Shown one piece after another: positions 11,643 to 23,467 of a DNA stretch of 64,000 bases (positions within the stretch are counted from its first letter, which is position 1; each line of letters starts with the position of its first letter). The position numbers and the translations under genes were made by a program. Source of the stretch: an uncultured Methanosarcinaceae archaeon (lineage in GTDB: Archaea > Halobacteriota > Methanosarcinia > Methanosarcinales > Methanosarcinaceae); NCBI GenBank assembly GCA_963833425.1, contig CAWHXP010000003.1:192001-256000 (forward strand), read 5' to 3'. The notes beneath the pieces are model-generated. The model saw only the letters and a program-made list of their open reading frames with translations, was not told the DNA's origin and ran no database searches.

Positions 11643-11989
11643 TGAAACTCCGAGCCTCCGTATATATTTGAAATCGGATATGATTACTATTAACCAGAGT
11701 AGGGAGATCGTATTCAATATTTTTTACTGAGATAAATACAGCTCAATTATGAGACTTTTTATTATTTTCTTATTTTTTAATTTATTGGAATTATATTTAC
11801 ATTGTCCCATTTCTTTTTTGCATCTATGAATGTCCAAAGAGTTTAATTATTAATTATCTAAACAAATAGTCTATTGTTTGAATAACATGCTAAACAAAGG
11901 AAATAACTTCTCATCCTATTTATTTTGGCTATCCACTCTACAATTATCTTGCACAGGAAATTGTTTTTAGTCAGGTTTTAAATCGTACC

Positions 11990-12293
11990 TAAAATAATCC
12001 GCAAATTGCCATCGAAGGCTCGAATGCGACTTTGATCATGAGTGCCGAATTGCTTTTGAGGCAACTCCACCTACAAGATCGATTTGGGATATAAATTGTT
12101 AAAAATAGTAACTAAATTTTGTGGTTTAGACGTTCACAAATGCTTTTTAATTGCTACAATCTTCAGTATCTGTGGTGATAAGTAACAACAGCTAATCGAG
12201 CCAAATGATAAAGGATTTAGCCCTCAAAAAATTGATTCCATCAAAAAATTGGATATTGTTAAATGCGAATTGACTAGTGATTTTTGTATTTCT
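11990..12293 (+). mobile_element. IS110-family remnant (left non-coding end plus decayed transposase N-terminus)
   Basis: CGLDVHKCFLIATI at ~12120 (RuvC-like DEDD N-terminus), then ...LDIVKCELTSDF; cut by a MITE at 12294. The left boundary is approximate. Confidence 0.7.
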
Positions 12294-12381
12294 GAGAATT
12301 TCGATAAATCCCTTTATTTTGTCAATGTGTATAAACTTTACATTAATGACTCGTGATAATCAAAAATTTACCGAAATCCCC
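12294..12381. mobile_element. ~88-bp MITE with IS5-type IRs
   Basis: GAGAATTTCGATAAAT ... ATTTACCGAAATCCCC; internal ATGACTCGTGATAAT. Confidence 0.78.
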
Positions 12382-12593
12382 TCTATTTCCTGCAATTTTA
12401 GGAATGACCATATAAATACCTTTTTAGTTAATATGAGAGAAAAATAAATTCAGGAGAATTGTTAGCTAATTCGTAGTTCTGATTTGCTATAGTTCCAAAT
12501 GATTATTTTTATGTATTTTCAATTTTTCATTAATGACTCCCTAGGGAAAAATTTCATCCATACGTTTTAATTCCATCTTTTGTAATCATCTAC

Positions 12594-12710
12594 AGAAAAT
12601 TCAATATTGTAGAGTTGTGAGGCATAAATGACAAATATATTTAACTAAAAATGTTGTTATTTTTTTTATGAGCATGTTTTTGAGTCTACGCATCTATTGA
12701 TCGAGCACAA
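12594..12710. repeat. Dispersed ~115-bp repeat (probable IS end or MITE); second copy at 54363-54477
   Basis: Both copies share AGAAAATTCAATATT(G/A)TAGAGTT ... T-run-GAGCA(T/C) ... TCTAT..AGC(A/G)CAA. Confidence 0.55.
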
Positions 12711-12894
12711 ATCGCGAGATTTCGTTCTCTAGTGAACTTAAGTAAAAAATTTAGTATTAATTTCATTGGAATATTGTATAATTCCTCAATTTCGTCTGTT
12801 ACTAGTTTAATAATATCCATTATAATTATTGGTTTTATTTTCTATGCTATACTAGCAAGAACTGATTTTGACGCATTAAAAATGTTATATTACA

Positions 12895-12947
12895 GAGAAT
12901 TTTTATAAACTTAAATATTAAAATGCTAGATATTTATCGAAATTTTC
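12895..12947. mobile_element. Short (53-bp) derivative of the IS5-type MITE
   Basis: GAGAATTTTTATAAAC ... ATTTATCGAAATTTTC. Confidence 0.5.
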
Positions 12948-13002
12948 TAAAGATTTCAGTTATATATTATAACACCAATCACGTGATTGTGGAATTACAT
13001 CG

Positions 13003-14205
13003 TTAATCCAGTCCCTTTCTTCCAAAGGTGTAGTTTGCGACCCTGAGGGCATCTATTTCCCCGGTTTCCTTTTCGGGAGAATCACTTAATTTCACTACAG
13101 AAACGCCATTAACGCTGTGCAGTTTTATGACCATGTTGAGAGGAGGACTTTTCCTGAAGAAAACTGAGTTATTGGTGAGACTTGTTCCGATCCCAAAACT
13201 GCATTTGATTTTGCCTTCACAATATTTTTTGATCCCGATTGCAGATTCCGAATCAAGGGCATCACTGAAAACGATTATTTTTCTTAGAGGATCTATCTCC
13301 ATTTTCTTATAATGCTCTATCACCCTATCCACAAAATAGTACGGGTCTCCGCTATCGTGTCTGACGCCATCGTAGATTTTTGATAACTTAGAGTCCATGT
13401 CCCTAAAAAATACATCAGAGCCGAATGTATCTGTAAGGGCAATTCCAAGGTCTCCATTAAAGACATTTATCCAGTTTTCAAAAGCTAAGCGGTTTGCGTA
13501 CTTGAGGCCTACAATAGCAGAAGTACCCATAACCCACTCATGGCTTACAGTACCTATTGCTCTCAGGCCATATTTCTTTGCGAAATACACATTGCTCGTT
13601 CCTCCAAAAGTCTTTATTGGAATGAGGGTTTTAATTACATTTTCATGAAATTCAAAACTTCTTCGCCTACGGGTCCCGAATTCTGAAAAAAAACAATTAT
13701 TTTCTTCGAGTGCCTTTCCAATTTCAAGAATCTTTTCTTTATAAGCTTCAATTACAGATTTATGTGTGCAGTTCTTTTCTGAGCTTATTTTCCAATCCTT
13801 TTCAATGATTAAGAAATAGAGTTCCGAAATTGCAGCCATAAGGACTACTTCCCAGAGAATAGTGCTGTGCCAGGGTCCTTTTATTCGGATGTCCAGATCT
13901 TTATCTAGAGTGAGGCAGATTTTCACCTCGTTAAGCTTAAAACGAAATTTTTTAAGGTATTCAAGGTACATGGGTTTAAGATAAGAGCAGTGCTCAGGGA
14001 GCCAATAATATTCTTCTTCTGTTAGCTTCAAATTATATATTTTCTCTTCTATGATTTTTTTGAGCTTTTCTACAAACTCTGTGGAAAAACGCTGGGATCC
14101 CCGGTTGATAAATCGATATTCAGCTTCTGCTTTAGGAAAAAATTCTAGCACTGCTAGCTGCATTGTGAATTTATAAAGATCGTTATCGAGTATTGAATTT
14201 ATCAC
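13003..14205 (-). CDS. pncB: Nicotinate phosphoribosyltransferase
   Basis: [59 protein letters not shown]. Confidence 0.96.
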   Translation of the reverse strand: MINSILDNDLYKFTMQLAVLEFFPKAEAEYRFINRGSQRFSTEFVEKLKKIIEEKIYNLKLTEEEYYWLPEHCSYLKPMYLEYLKKFRFKLNEVKICLTLDKDLDIRIKGPWHSTILWEVVLMAAISELYFLIIEKDWKISSEKNCTHKSVIEAYKEKILEIGKALEENNCFFSEFGTRRRRSFEFHENVIKTLIPIKTFGGTSNVYFAKKYGLRAIGTVSHEWVMGTSAIVGLKYANRLAFENWINVFNGDLGIALTDTFGSDVFFRDMDSKLSKIYDGVRHDSGDPYYFVDRVIEHYKKMEIDPLRKIIVFSDALDSESAIGIKKYCEGKIKCSFGIGTSLTNNSVFFRKSPPLNMVIKLHSVNGVSVVKLSDSPEKETGEIDALRVANYTFGRKGLD

Positions 14206-14559
14206 TTTAGATCTTCCTATACTTTTTTATATTTTCCCTTACGCAAATCAATAACTTATTTATTTAGCAACTTTCTGATTAGCAGGTATAGAGCATACTA
14301 CATTTTTTAAAATTTATTGCATTCTGATACATCAAGTTTTCTTCATTTAGTTTTTACAATAAAATTTAACATTTTTGAAACTTATAAAAAAATTTCTTGG
14401 AAAGTGCATAAATCTCTTAATTAACCACAAATTCAAAGTTAAACGAAGGAAAGCATTAAAAACTCAAGAATACGGGATAGATTCTCCAGTGCTTTCTTTC
14501 TCCAGGGCTGTACAATACTAAATGACTTAAATATGCATAGTTGCACCAAAAATTAGTAC

Positions 14560-15100
14560 ATAATTTCCAAATTGATTACACATCTTTTATCATAACTTTA
14601 AGTCCACTAGGAATCTTATTTTTCCCAATATTATATTTTTACATAAATATCAAGAGCTCTGCATTAAGTAAATATACATATTGAATGATTCTACCCTTAT
14701 TGCCCTTAAAAAGTTTCTAGTCATTTTGCTGATGAAATTTTCAATAATGTTCGATCAAGATGCATTTTTTGATGTTAATCCGAGTTTTAACTTTCTCCTT
14801 CTCAAAGTGCTTAGATATTTTTATATTCGCCTATGATGCATGTAGGTTTGATTTTTTATAATTCAGGATATCTCTCCTTGGTACAGTTTTTCGAATGTAT
14901 TTAGCTATCTAACCAATGCTGACATATTTATGTGGATGCTCAATCTCTTTAGTTCCAAGCATGCAATCTTGATAATCCATCAATGAGATTCACTTGTATT
15001 ATTTTTTGATATTAATTTCCGTTTTTTTCTCAGGCTTGATCTGAATTTAAAATGTGGATACTATCGTCTCTAAGAATTGCTTAATAAATAGTGAACATAA
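14560..15100 (-). pseudogene. Heavily decayed transposase-like remnant (possibly IS5/IS4 type)
   Basis: Broken frames with weak resemblance (DGLSRLHA, KIKPTCII); boundaries uncertain. Confidence 0.3.
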
Positions 15101-15692
15101 TAATTATTATTTGTTTTCAAATTGCAGTGATATCATTTATATTGGAAATTATTAATAACTTATTTACATAATTCGAGATTTAAATAAATTATGAGGCTTT
15201 GCTAAGCTTCAACTATAATGAGAATTATAAAAGTTTTATTTTGGTGTGTGAAATTTGATCCACGAATTTCTATGGGATAACCCAATATTCTTATATTTTT
15301 AGATACTATCAAAAAGATAATATGGAAGATAAAAGAGTACATATGTAGGATAATTGATATCTATCATCTATCATTTTATGAAGGAAATTTACTTTTGCTC
15401 GTATATTAGACTCGCTGCATTGAGTAAAAAACAAGAAATATAGAGACTTTTAATATTCTTTGTAAACGCAAAAATTTATCATTGTTTCCACATTCTGTAA
15501 TTGAAATAAATAAAATCCAAGAAGTAGTAAAAAGCCTCTTTTTGCACGAATGATGTTACATTCTGATGGATTTTTTATCAAAAAGTGAGTTTTAAGTGGA
15601 ATTCTCAGAGTTATGGATGCAAAAAATAAAATTTATTTTTGTTTAGTCTTAATAAAAATAGCTATCTTCCCTCAAATAAGGAGGAAGCCAGA

Positions 15693-16364
15693 ATGATGAT
15701 CGCAGGAATTGATGAAGCAGGAAAAGGACCTGTAATCGGGCCTATGTGTATTGGAGGCATAAAAATAGAGGAGTCTAAAGTCCACATCCTCAAGTTACTT
15801 GGAGTTGCGGATTCCAAGAAATTGACGCCGAAAAAAAGAGAGCACCTTGCAGGTCTAATAAAAAAGCATTCAGAAGGTTATTTTATACTTGAAGTCAGCC
15901 CCTCTCAGATAGACGGACTCCGGAAGATAATGAATATGAATGAGGTAATGGTAGTTTGCTTTGCAAAAGTGCTTGAACAACTTAAACCTGATATTGTGTA
16001 TGTTGATGCTGTTGATGTCAATGCCGAACGTTTTGCTGAAAATCTCCGTAGACAGTATGCAAAAAATAATCAAAATGATCCAACGAAAATTGATATAGTT
16101 TCCATGCACCAGGCAGATGTGCTATATCCGACAGTCTCAGCGGCCTCTATTATTGCAAAGGTGCGCAGGGATGAAATAATTGGAGAACTAAAAAAAGAGT
16201 GGGATATAGATTTCGGTAGCGGCTATCCATCAGACCCAAAAACAATCGAATTTCTCTTTAAGTGGGGAAGACAACACTGTGGAGCGTTCCCCAGCATTGT
16301 CAGGCAGTCCTGGAAGACTGTAGAAAATATTAGAGAAATAATAAAAAATACAGAAATGAAGTGA
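15693..16364 (+). CDS. rnhB: Ribonuclease HII
   Basis: AGIDEAGKGPVIGP, DSKKL, VSAASIIAKVRRD, GSGYPSDP; ATG 15693 follows an AGGAGG RBS. Confidence 0.96.
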   Translation: MMIAGIDEAGKGPVIGPMCIGGIKIEESKVHILKLLGVADSKKLTPKKREHLAGLIKKHSEGYFILEVSPSQIDGLRKIMNMNEVMVVCFAKVLEQLKPDIVYVDAVDVNAERFAENLRRQYAKNNQNDPTKIDIVSMHQADVLYPTVSAASIIAKVRRDEIIGELKKEWDIDFGSGYPSDPKTIEFLFKWGRQHCGAFPSIVRQSWKTVENIREIIKNTEMK

Positions 16365-16589
16365 AATCGCAGTAAATAATATTAATTATCCAGCCTATCA
16401 AAAATCAGTTGAAACATATCTCTTTTGATGTGATACCTACTTCCGATTACTAACCGATTGAGATATCAAAAACATAATTAATAGTCGACAAGTAAATGAA
16501 CGAAACCGCCGAAATTGCTCTTTGAATCTCAGTAAAGACGGTTATTGGTACTATTTTTCCCAGTCTGAGAGAGACAAATAATAAATCTA

Positions 16590-16686
16590 GAGGATTTTGA
16601 TAATCCTCTTAATTTAGTCCTAAGCTTATAGATGAATATATGATATATTGATGACTCGTGAAAATACCAAGTTTATCGAGATTGTC
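16590..16686. mobile_element. ~97-bp MITE with IS5-type IRs
   Basis: GAGGATTTTGATAATC ... GTTTATCGAGATTGTC; internal ATGACTCGTGAAAAT. Confidence 0.72.
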
Positions 16687-17161
16687 ACAAGTTATTAAAA
16701 TGAAAGAAATGTATATTGTTGGAATTTGTTTCTCCCACAATATCCTTTTTTCCGTTGATGTTCGTAGGTATTCACGGCTTTATGGAAAGCCTCCTTCCAA
16801 AACACCTCAAAATGCGAGTCTCAGGTTTGCAGGGTAGAATAATTATATCCCCATATTTAAGTCGTATTGCGTCTCTAACGGTACTGCCACTTACCTATAT
16901 GCTACACAAAAATCAAGATCATTTATCTGCATAAATACATTCTCTCTGGAGTAGGCTAATGGTCGGTAGATAGTTGAGTGCTGCAATTTTTGCCTCCAGA
17001 TTTTTTCTGGATGCGCCCAATAGATTCCAGATACTATAGTATTTGCATCAAAAATTCCTAAAGCAAGTTCCCTAAATATACGAGGCATTTATGCTGTTTG
17101 AGGGATTCTTTCCTGTTCTGAGGGCTGATCGTAAATTGGTCATCTCCTTTATGTCCATCTG

Positions 17162-17833
17162 AGACACCGCTCACTATATCATGATGGCTGGCGTGCCGTA
17201 TGTCCATGGCCTGATCCTTCTTTCACTGAAGCCGGAAAACCTTTTGGAGAACCGATTTCTGCGGATAAATTGACTGAGCTTGACGCAAAAGGCTGGGAGC
17301 TTTATCATGTTGAGAAGGATTGGGCAGAGAACCACAATATTGCTACAGATAATCGACCTAAATTGATTGAGATGGTTGCCACCTGGTATGCAGAAGCCGG
17401 AAAGTATAACGTGCTACCTATCGATAGTCGAGGAGTTCTGCGCATTGCCGATCAAAGACCAGCTATTGCAATAAATAGCATGCGCTACACCTATTATCCC
17501 GGCACTCAGGAGATCCCCGCAACTGTAGCAGTCAACGTTCTCAACCGCCCACATAGTATTATAGCCGATGTTGAGATCCCTGTAGGAGGAGCTGAAGGAA
17601 TTTTGCTCTCTCATGGTGGTATCGATGGCGGTTATTCATTCTATGTCAAAGACGGGAAGCTTCACTGGGCGCATAACTACGTATCTAGGGTTTTCTATCA
17701 TATAGAATCGAATGAGAATGTTCCTGGAGGGAGACATCAACTTGGGTTTGAGTTTGAGGTTACAGGTAACCCAGATTTTGCTAATGATAAGGATCCACCT
17801 GGAATTGCTAAGCTCTTTATAGATGGTAAGTTA
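17162..17833 (+). pseudogene. Arylsulfatase internal/C-terminal fragment
   Basis: HRSLYHDGWRAVCPWP, WELYHVEKDWAE, EAGKYNVLPID, GGYSFYVKDGKL. The catalytic N-terminal domain and the extreme C-terminus are missing. Confidence 0.85.
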
Positions 17834-18903
17834 AGCGGTCGGTAACTGTGGCGCAAGTGAGCGATGATCGAGAGCATAATAGCTATCTTAATGCCCTGTT
17901 CAACTCCAATAAATATAACCGCCATAGCTGTTATCAAGGCGACGACGAATTCTACAGGCCGTTGTCTGTGAAGAGCAGTCATACCTTTGATATCGACAAG
18001 GTGCAAACCAATGAGTAATACCACTGATGAAAGTACACATGTGGGTAAATAGGCTAATGGCTGAGTAAGAAATACCAAAACTATCAAAACAGTGAAGACT
18101 GTTGTAAGCTGGGTAAGTTGAGTATACCCTCCGACACTTTTAACCATTTCTGTTTTAGTTGGACTCCCATTAACCACGAAAGTACCTGATATACCTGCTG
18201 CTACATTAGCAAAGCTCAATCCAATGAGATCTAAATTTTCATTATAAGTGTCTGAGAACTTCATAGCATAAGCCCGAGAAGTTGCAGCACTCTGGGCAAG
18301 GATGACAATAAAACAAGCCACTGATGTGTTAAGGATCTTCGGGATATCAGACAATGAAACTTGGGGAAAAGAAAGATGTGGCAAACCACCTGGTACTGTG
18401 CCAAGTATGGTGATACCATAAGAAGAAAGATCTAATGCCCAGTTTACAGCGATTGCACCAATCATTGCTAATAGTGCACCTGGTACTTTGCTGTGGATCT
18501 TTCCACTAAGAGTAATTATCCCAATCACAGATAAAGAGACCGAGAGTGTGGGAATATTTGTAAGATACAGATATTTGAACAAATATGTGATCTGCATAAG
18601 TGTTCCATATGAACCGTGAGGAATCCCGAGTACTTCGCTAAGCTCTGAGATTGAGATTTGAATGCCGACGCCTGTGAGAAATCCTATTAGAACTGTGTGA
18701 GAAAGAAAATCAGCAAGAAAACCGAATTGAAGTAGGCCTCCGAGGAGTAACAAAGCCGCTACAAGAAGGGCGATCATACCAGCATATGCAACATATTTTG
18801 GTGATTCGGGAGTAGCTATTGTCACCAATACACTTGCCATAATGGCTGCAGTTGCGGAATCAGCTCCAACGACGAGATGACGGGATGAACCAAAAATAGC
18901 AAA
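17827..18903 (-). pseudogene. SulP/SLC26 anion (sulfate) permease fragment lacking the N-terminus and STAS domain
   Basis: FAIFGSSRHLVVGADSATAAI, GFLTGVGIQI, GTFVVNGSPTKT, RHSYRPLN; the frame then runs into antisense sulfatase sequence. Confidence 0.87.
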
Positions 18904-18928
18904 TGATATACTTATTTTTGTTCAGAAT

Positions 18929-19111
18929 TTGGATGATTTTGATGAGGCAGACACTTTCATAATGCTGTACATTAAGGCATTAAACAATACCTTAGAATCC
19001 AAAAAGGAAAACTATAGAATAGACGAAAATGAGGTAAGAAAAATCATAGCCGAAACCGACGAGAGATTCGTATATGGGGAAGAAGTATATGAAGAATATG
19101 AAGAAGAATAA
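18929..19111 (+). pseudogene. Probable C-terminal fragment of an unidentified gene
   Basis: Protein-like acidic 60-aa frame starting just after the SulP breakpoint and followed closely by another ATG. Confidence 0.35.
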
Positions 19112-19279
19112 AGAAATGAATGAATTCGAATGGCATAAGCCGCTAAATAAAATGTATTTATGAGCAGAAGGAAGAAAAAGTTCCGAAAAAAAGCTCTGAG
19201 AGATCCTTAATTTAATGTAAATTGCTTCTATTATCTCTTCAATTACATTATAACTATTATTTTAAGTTTTACTTATTTG

Positions 19280-19500
19280 GCCTGATTATGAAACTTTCTT
19301 GCCCGAAGTACATTTCCAAACTTTCTTATGACAATAGAGACATGTCTCCGCTCTATTCCTTTTATTGTATTTTATTTTGTCAAAGGCTATGTGAAGCTGT
19401 CTTCTGTATTTTCCCAAAGCTGAATCATTAAGACTCTTTCTTCCTGGATTAAGCTTTGAATATAGACAACTTTGTTATGCATAGGTTTTATAGAAAAGAA
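19280..19500 (-). mobile_element. IS5-family transposase C-terminal remnant
   Basis: Similar to 22020-22150 (AACTTTCTTGCC.AAGTAC.T.TCCAAACTT ... GCTGTCTTCTGTATTTT). Confidence 0.65.
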
Positions 19501-20066
19501 ATCTCTGCACCAAAAAGAACACAGAGCCATTCTGAATTTACAGAACTTTCGTTAAACTGCCAAGTTTTAGTGCTAAATTGGAGACTATTTTTAAAAATAC
19601 TGTAGAATATGAATTAATATAAGTCTTTTTTGAAGTTCTCATTTTTCAAAAACAAAATATCACATCAACCGAAGACGACATAGGACCAAATAACCCAATA
19701 TTTAATATCAGATCCAGAAAATACAACTCTTTAAACAATTCCTATGAGATCTTGCAGATCACAAAAAAATAATATATTTATTATGTTATGAAATAAATAT
19801 TAATTAATTCCAATTCTCGACAAATTACAGTCTTAAACTGCATAGTATTTAAAGTAATTTTGCTTAAACTCTCATTACACTTTCTTAAAAAAGGAGGTAT
19901 AATCATTTTCTAAATTTCATCAATTATTCAAGTTAACAAGTAAAATCCATAAAAAAACAAACTTTAAAAATATTTAACTAACTAAATAAAAAATTGGAAA
20001 GATAGGTTATCTAAAGTCCTTCTACTCCCTGCATGTCGATGGTTAGTTAAACAAACTTGATATCAA

Positions 20067-21872
20067 TCAGATCAATTGTCCAATAAAAGGTCCAACTATC
20101 ATGAACATTAAAGAGAAAAGGATCATTATAGAAAAACCTGCTGCAATAGAACTCGATATCTTTTCCGACGTTGCTTCATCCATTGTAAACCTATATATAA
20201 AAGAATAAATAGAATCTTTAAATACATATCCTCCATCCAAGGGTACAGCAGGAAGACAGTTAAAAAGTCCAACATAAAAATTCAGCCAACCAACCCAGAG
20301 CAAAATATTTGCGATCCAGAAAATCCCACCCCCTAAAGGTTCTGCCCAGCCCACTGGATGATAAAATTGCATGATCACGCCTGAAAACCCGCGGAATCCT
20401 TCACCTGCAAATCCATAAATAGGAAGTCCAAAAAGGATAACCCAGCCTGCAGGCACTGTGAGTAAGGAAGGTATTTGCTTTAAGGCTTCAAGATATAACT
20501 TTGCCTGTGACATCCCTAAAGAAATTCCTAGCATAGGGCATTCTATAATCTCTTTATTCCCGTAGCTAACTCCAAGGAAGCCGTTTTTACCTCCAAAGGA
20601 ATTCGAAGCTAGTTTCACATCAAAAACAACTGTACCGTTTTTATTGACGTTGCCCTTATAGTTTTCAGGAGGCATAAGTTCAACCTTTACAGTCTGGTTT
20701 GCCTTAGTTGCCTTCATGAAGTTTAGGAAACTCGCAATACTGTATATTTGATTGCCATTGATCCGAACCATTACCATTCCGGTCTCAATTCCTGCAGCTT
20801 CTGCTGGGCTTCCTTTAATGACCCCTTCAACTAGCACTCCATTTGCGTAGTCTCTGGGAACTGAAACTGTATTTAAATGGTACACAGAGCTAAGACCATC
20901 TTTAATGCCATGAATGCGCACAGGAACCCCGGGCTTGACCTTTTCAAAATATGTCAAAAGGTCTAAAGATGTAGTGATGATCGTATTATCAACCTGCGTG
21001 ATTATCACACCTTGCTGAATCCCTGCAAGACTAGCTGGAGAGCTTTCATTTACTTTTAAAACCATGGCGTCACTCAAAGGGGCAATTGCCCCAAGTACAG
21101 GCCCAAAGAAAAGGAGAAAAGCGATAAAAGCCACGCTAAAATTGGCCATAACTCCACTTGCAAGAATCCGAGCTCTTTGAATCCTTTTAACTGTTTTTGC
21201 AGCTTTTAAATCGGATTTTTTAGCTTCAAATCTATCATTTTCTTTCCATTCGCCCCATTTATTCCCTTCCTGCTCCCATTCTTCGATTTCCTCAATAGTG
21301 GCTGTTAGAGGCAGTTTTTTTTTCACTTTTTCCTTTTTTCCGAAAAGCTGTTCATCATCAGGTTCCGCAAAACCTCCAACTGGAACAAGGGCAAACAGAA
21401 TTCCCATTGATTTAACCCTTATGCCTTCAACTCGGCAAAGAATCGCATGGGAGAACTCGTGCACAACAAGAGTGACTATTAGAGCAATGACACCCCATGA
21501 GAAGGGAATGAATTCGTTCACTCCAGGGATCAGAAAAATATTTCTTGGGGAATTGTACTTTCCAGGCACTAGCACATTTCCATTCAGGAAGGAAGCATAG
21601 AGTGCGAGGTCCGAGAAAACGAGGATCAGGAACATTGAAAGCATTCCTGCAAACATTATCAAAATTCCAAGATTTGCAAAGCTTCTCCAGTAAAGCTTAG
21701 GACGGGCCAATATATCCAACATTTTGAGACCTTTAGTTGTCCTGATCATAAGGATGGGAAGTGGCCCGAAAGTGCTGATGTTATACTTCTCAAGAGTACC
21801 CCTTCTGTCAAGAAAGGATACAAGAAACCAGTAAAGTAAAAAAATACCCAATGCGATGTTTGTACCATTCAA
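20067..21872 (-). CDS. Site-2 protease (M50) with two PDZ domains
   Basis: HEFSH zinc motif, GGFAEPD, NCLPAVPLDGG; PDZ-like SPA..AGI repeats. Confidence 0.93.
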   Translation of the reverse strand: MNGTNIALGIFLLYWFLVSFLDRRGTLEKYNISTFGPLPILMIRTTKGLKMLDILARPKLYWRSFANLGILIMFAGMLSMFLILVFSDLALYASFLNGNVLVPGKYNSPRNIFLIPGVNEFIPFSWGVIALIVTLVVHEFSHAILCRVEGIRVKSMGILFALVPVGGFAEPDDEQLFGKKEKVKKKLPLTATIEEIEEWEQEGNKWGEWKENDRFEAKKSDLKAAKTVKRIQRARILASGVMANFSVAFIAFLLFFGPVLGAIAPLSDAMVLKVNESSPASLAGIQQGVIITQVDNTIITTSLDLLTYFEKVKPGVPVRIHGIKDGLSSVYHLNTVSVPRDYANGVLVEGVIKGSPAEAAGIETGMVMVRINGNQIYSIASFLNFMKATKANQTVKVELMPPENYKGNVNKNGTVVFDVKLASNSFGGKNGFLGVSYGNKEIIECPMLGISLGMSQAKLYLEALKQIPSLLTVPAGWVILFGLPIYGFAGEGFRGFSGVIMQFYHPVGWAEPLGGGIFWIANILLWVGWLNFYVGLFNCLPAVPLDGGYVFKDSIYSFIYRFTMDEATSEKISSSIAAGFSIMILFSLMFMIVGPFIGQLI

Positions 21873-21921
21873 GGAAATTCTCCTAAATCATTAAGCTGAA
21901 CAAATATATAGAGGATTTTGA

Positions 21922-22919
21922 GGTTTTGTAGAAATCCTTAATTCCATGGGAATTATTTCTACAATCTTTTTATTTACTCATAGACTATAGTTTAAATTTA
22001 ACTTCTATGACTTGAATATGGAACTTTCTTGCCTAAAGTACTTCTCCAAACTTCCCTTTGGCAACAGAAACGTTGTCTCCGCTATATTCCTTTAATTGTA
22101 TTTAATTTTATTAAAGATTAAGTGCAGCTGTCTTCTGTATTTTTTCCAAAATTATCGCTCTCTTTCTTTTTCTTACAGTTCTGATTGAGTCCACTCTTAT
22201 TTTTTTTCTAATTAGGGAAATGATTTTTTTCTGAATCACATACTTTATTCACCACATAACATTGAAATTTTCTTATCCTTTTTGATTGTTTTATCAGAGC
22301 ATTTGTATTTATGATTTCATGATATGTTTTTTGACTAATTTTACATCATAATACTACCCTTTTAGATGTGTCTACTGACATTGAAGTTTTCAAGAAGCTC
22401 CTTCGTAGCTTCCATGTTCCACGAGAATAATATTAATGGTATAGGAACCTGTAAATCCGTCGAATCAGTTCCCGCAAAAGATACCATTTCTCCATGTGAG
22501 TAAATAACTTTAGAATTTTTGACAAAAGAAGGTTAATAGAGATGAGGGAATTTTAAATACAAACTTTTGAGGGGTAGTAAAAATAGAAGGCTCATTAAGA
22601 TCGAGTTTTTCTTTTATATTGCTCATTGGGTCAATAAGTCCTACAAAATCTCGATAGTCTGTACTAATATACTCCTTCAATAAAACCAGAACAAAAAGTT
22701 TATGCTGAGTATAAACATGTTTGGAATATTTGCAGGAATAAATGCCCACTCCGGAAAACATAACAGTTTCAAAGCTGGTATCAACAAGTTTAATGTACTT
22801 ACTAAATTTAAATATTATATGGTTATTCGTTTTTTTCTGGGAAAATATAGAATATTTTATAACATGATATTTATAAAAAATATAGGGGAATGCACAACTT
22901 AGAGAATTTCTACAGATCA
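21922..22919 (-). mobile_element. Degraded IS5-family element (GGCTCTGTAGAAAT-type ends)
   Basis: Ends GGTTTTGTAGAAAT / ATTTCTACAGATC; broken transposase with YSCKYSKHVYTQH..VLLKEY, GTDSTDL and RNIAETTF. Confidence 0.8.
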
Positions 22920-23077
22920 GAAATTTCATTGTTTATTTCAAAATTGGATGAAAACTATGAAGATCAAAAAGATTCCGAATATATTAGATAATGCCAACTG
23001 AATGAAAATACACTTCGTTTTTTAGCTGATTGTATAATTATCTATTTCTATCTTCCGGACCAATCTTCTAAACAGGT

Positions 23078-23407
23078 GTGATATTTTTGAGTTTCCTGGA
23101 CAAGTTATTTAAAAAAAAAATCGAGGGAAAAACCGTCGAGGAATGGTACTGGATTGCAGTAGGCGAGAATGATCCTGAAAAAAAGATTAAGTACTTTGAT
23201 AATGTTCTCGAATTGAAACCCAGTTTTGCGGGGGTTTGGAACCTCAGAGGACTTGAATTTGTCATCCTGAAAAAATACGAGGATGCAATTAAATCTTTTG
23301 ATAAAGCTCTTGAAATAAGGCCCAGCTACTTGGAAGCGAAGTATAACAAAGAAGACGCAGAGACAGAATTAAGAAAAATCAAGACAGCAGAAAATCTTGA
23401 TGAATAG
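23078..23407 (+). CDS. Small TPR-repeat protein
   Basis: WNLRGLEFVILKKYEDAIKSFDKALEIRP TPR consensus. Confidence 0.85.
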   Translation: MIFLSFLDKLFKKKIEGKTVEEWYWIAVGENDPEKKIKYFDNVLELKPSFAGVWNLRGLEFVILKKYEDAIKSFDKALEIRPSYLEAKYNKEDAETELRKIKTAENLDE

Positions 23408-23467
23408 GGGGAAGAAAAGAAAGAGGAGAAAAATTCGAATAGCTGAATTTTGGCAGAAGACGCGTAT

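Noticed and set aside
17737..17826. Novel C-terminal tail on SulP
   Set aside because: It is the antisense translation of the sulfatase fragment beyond the deletion junction.
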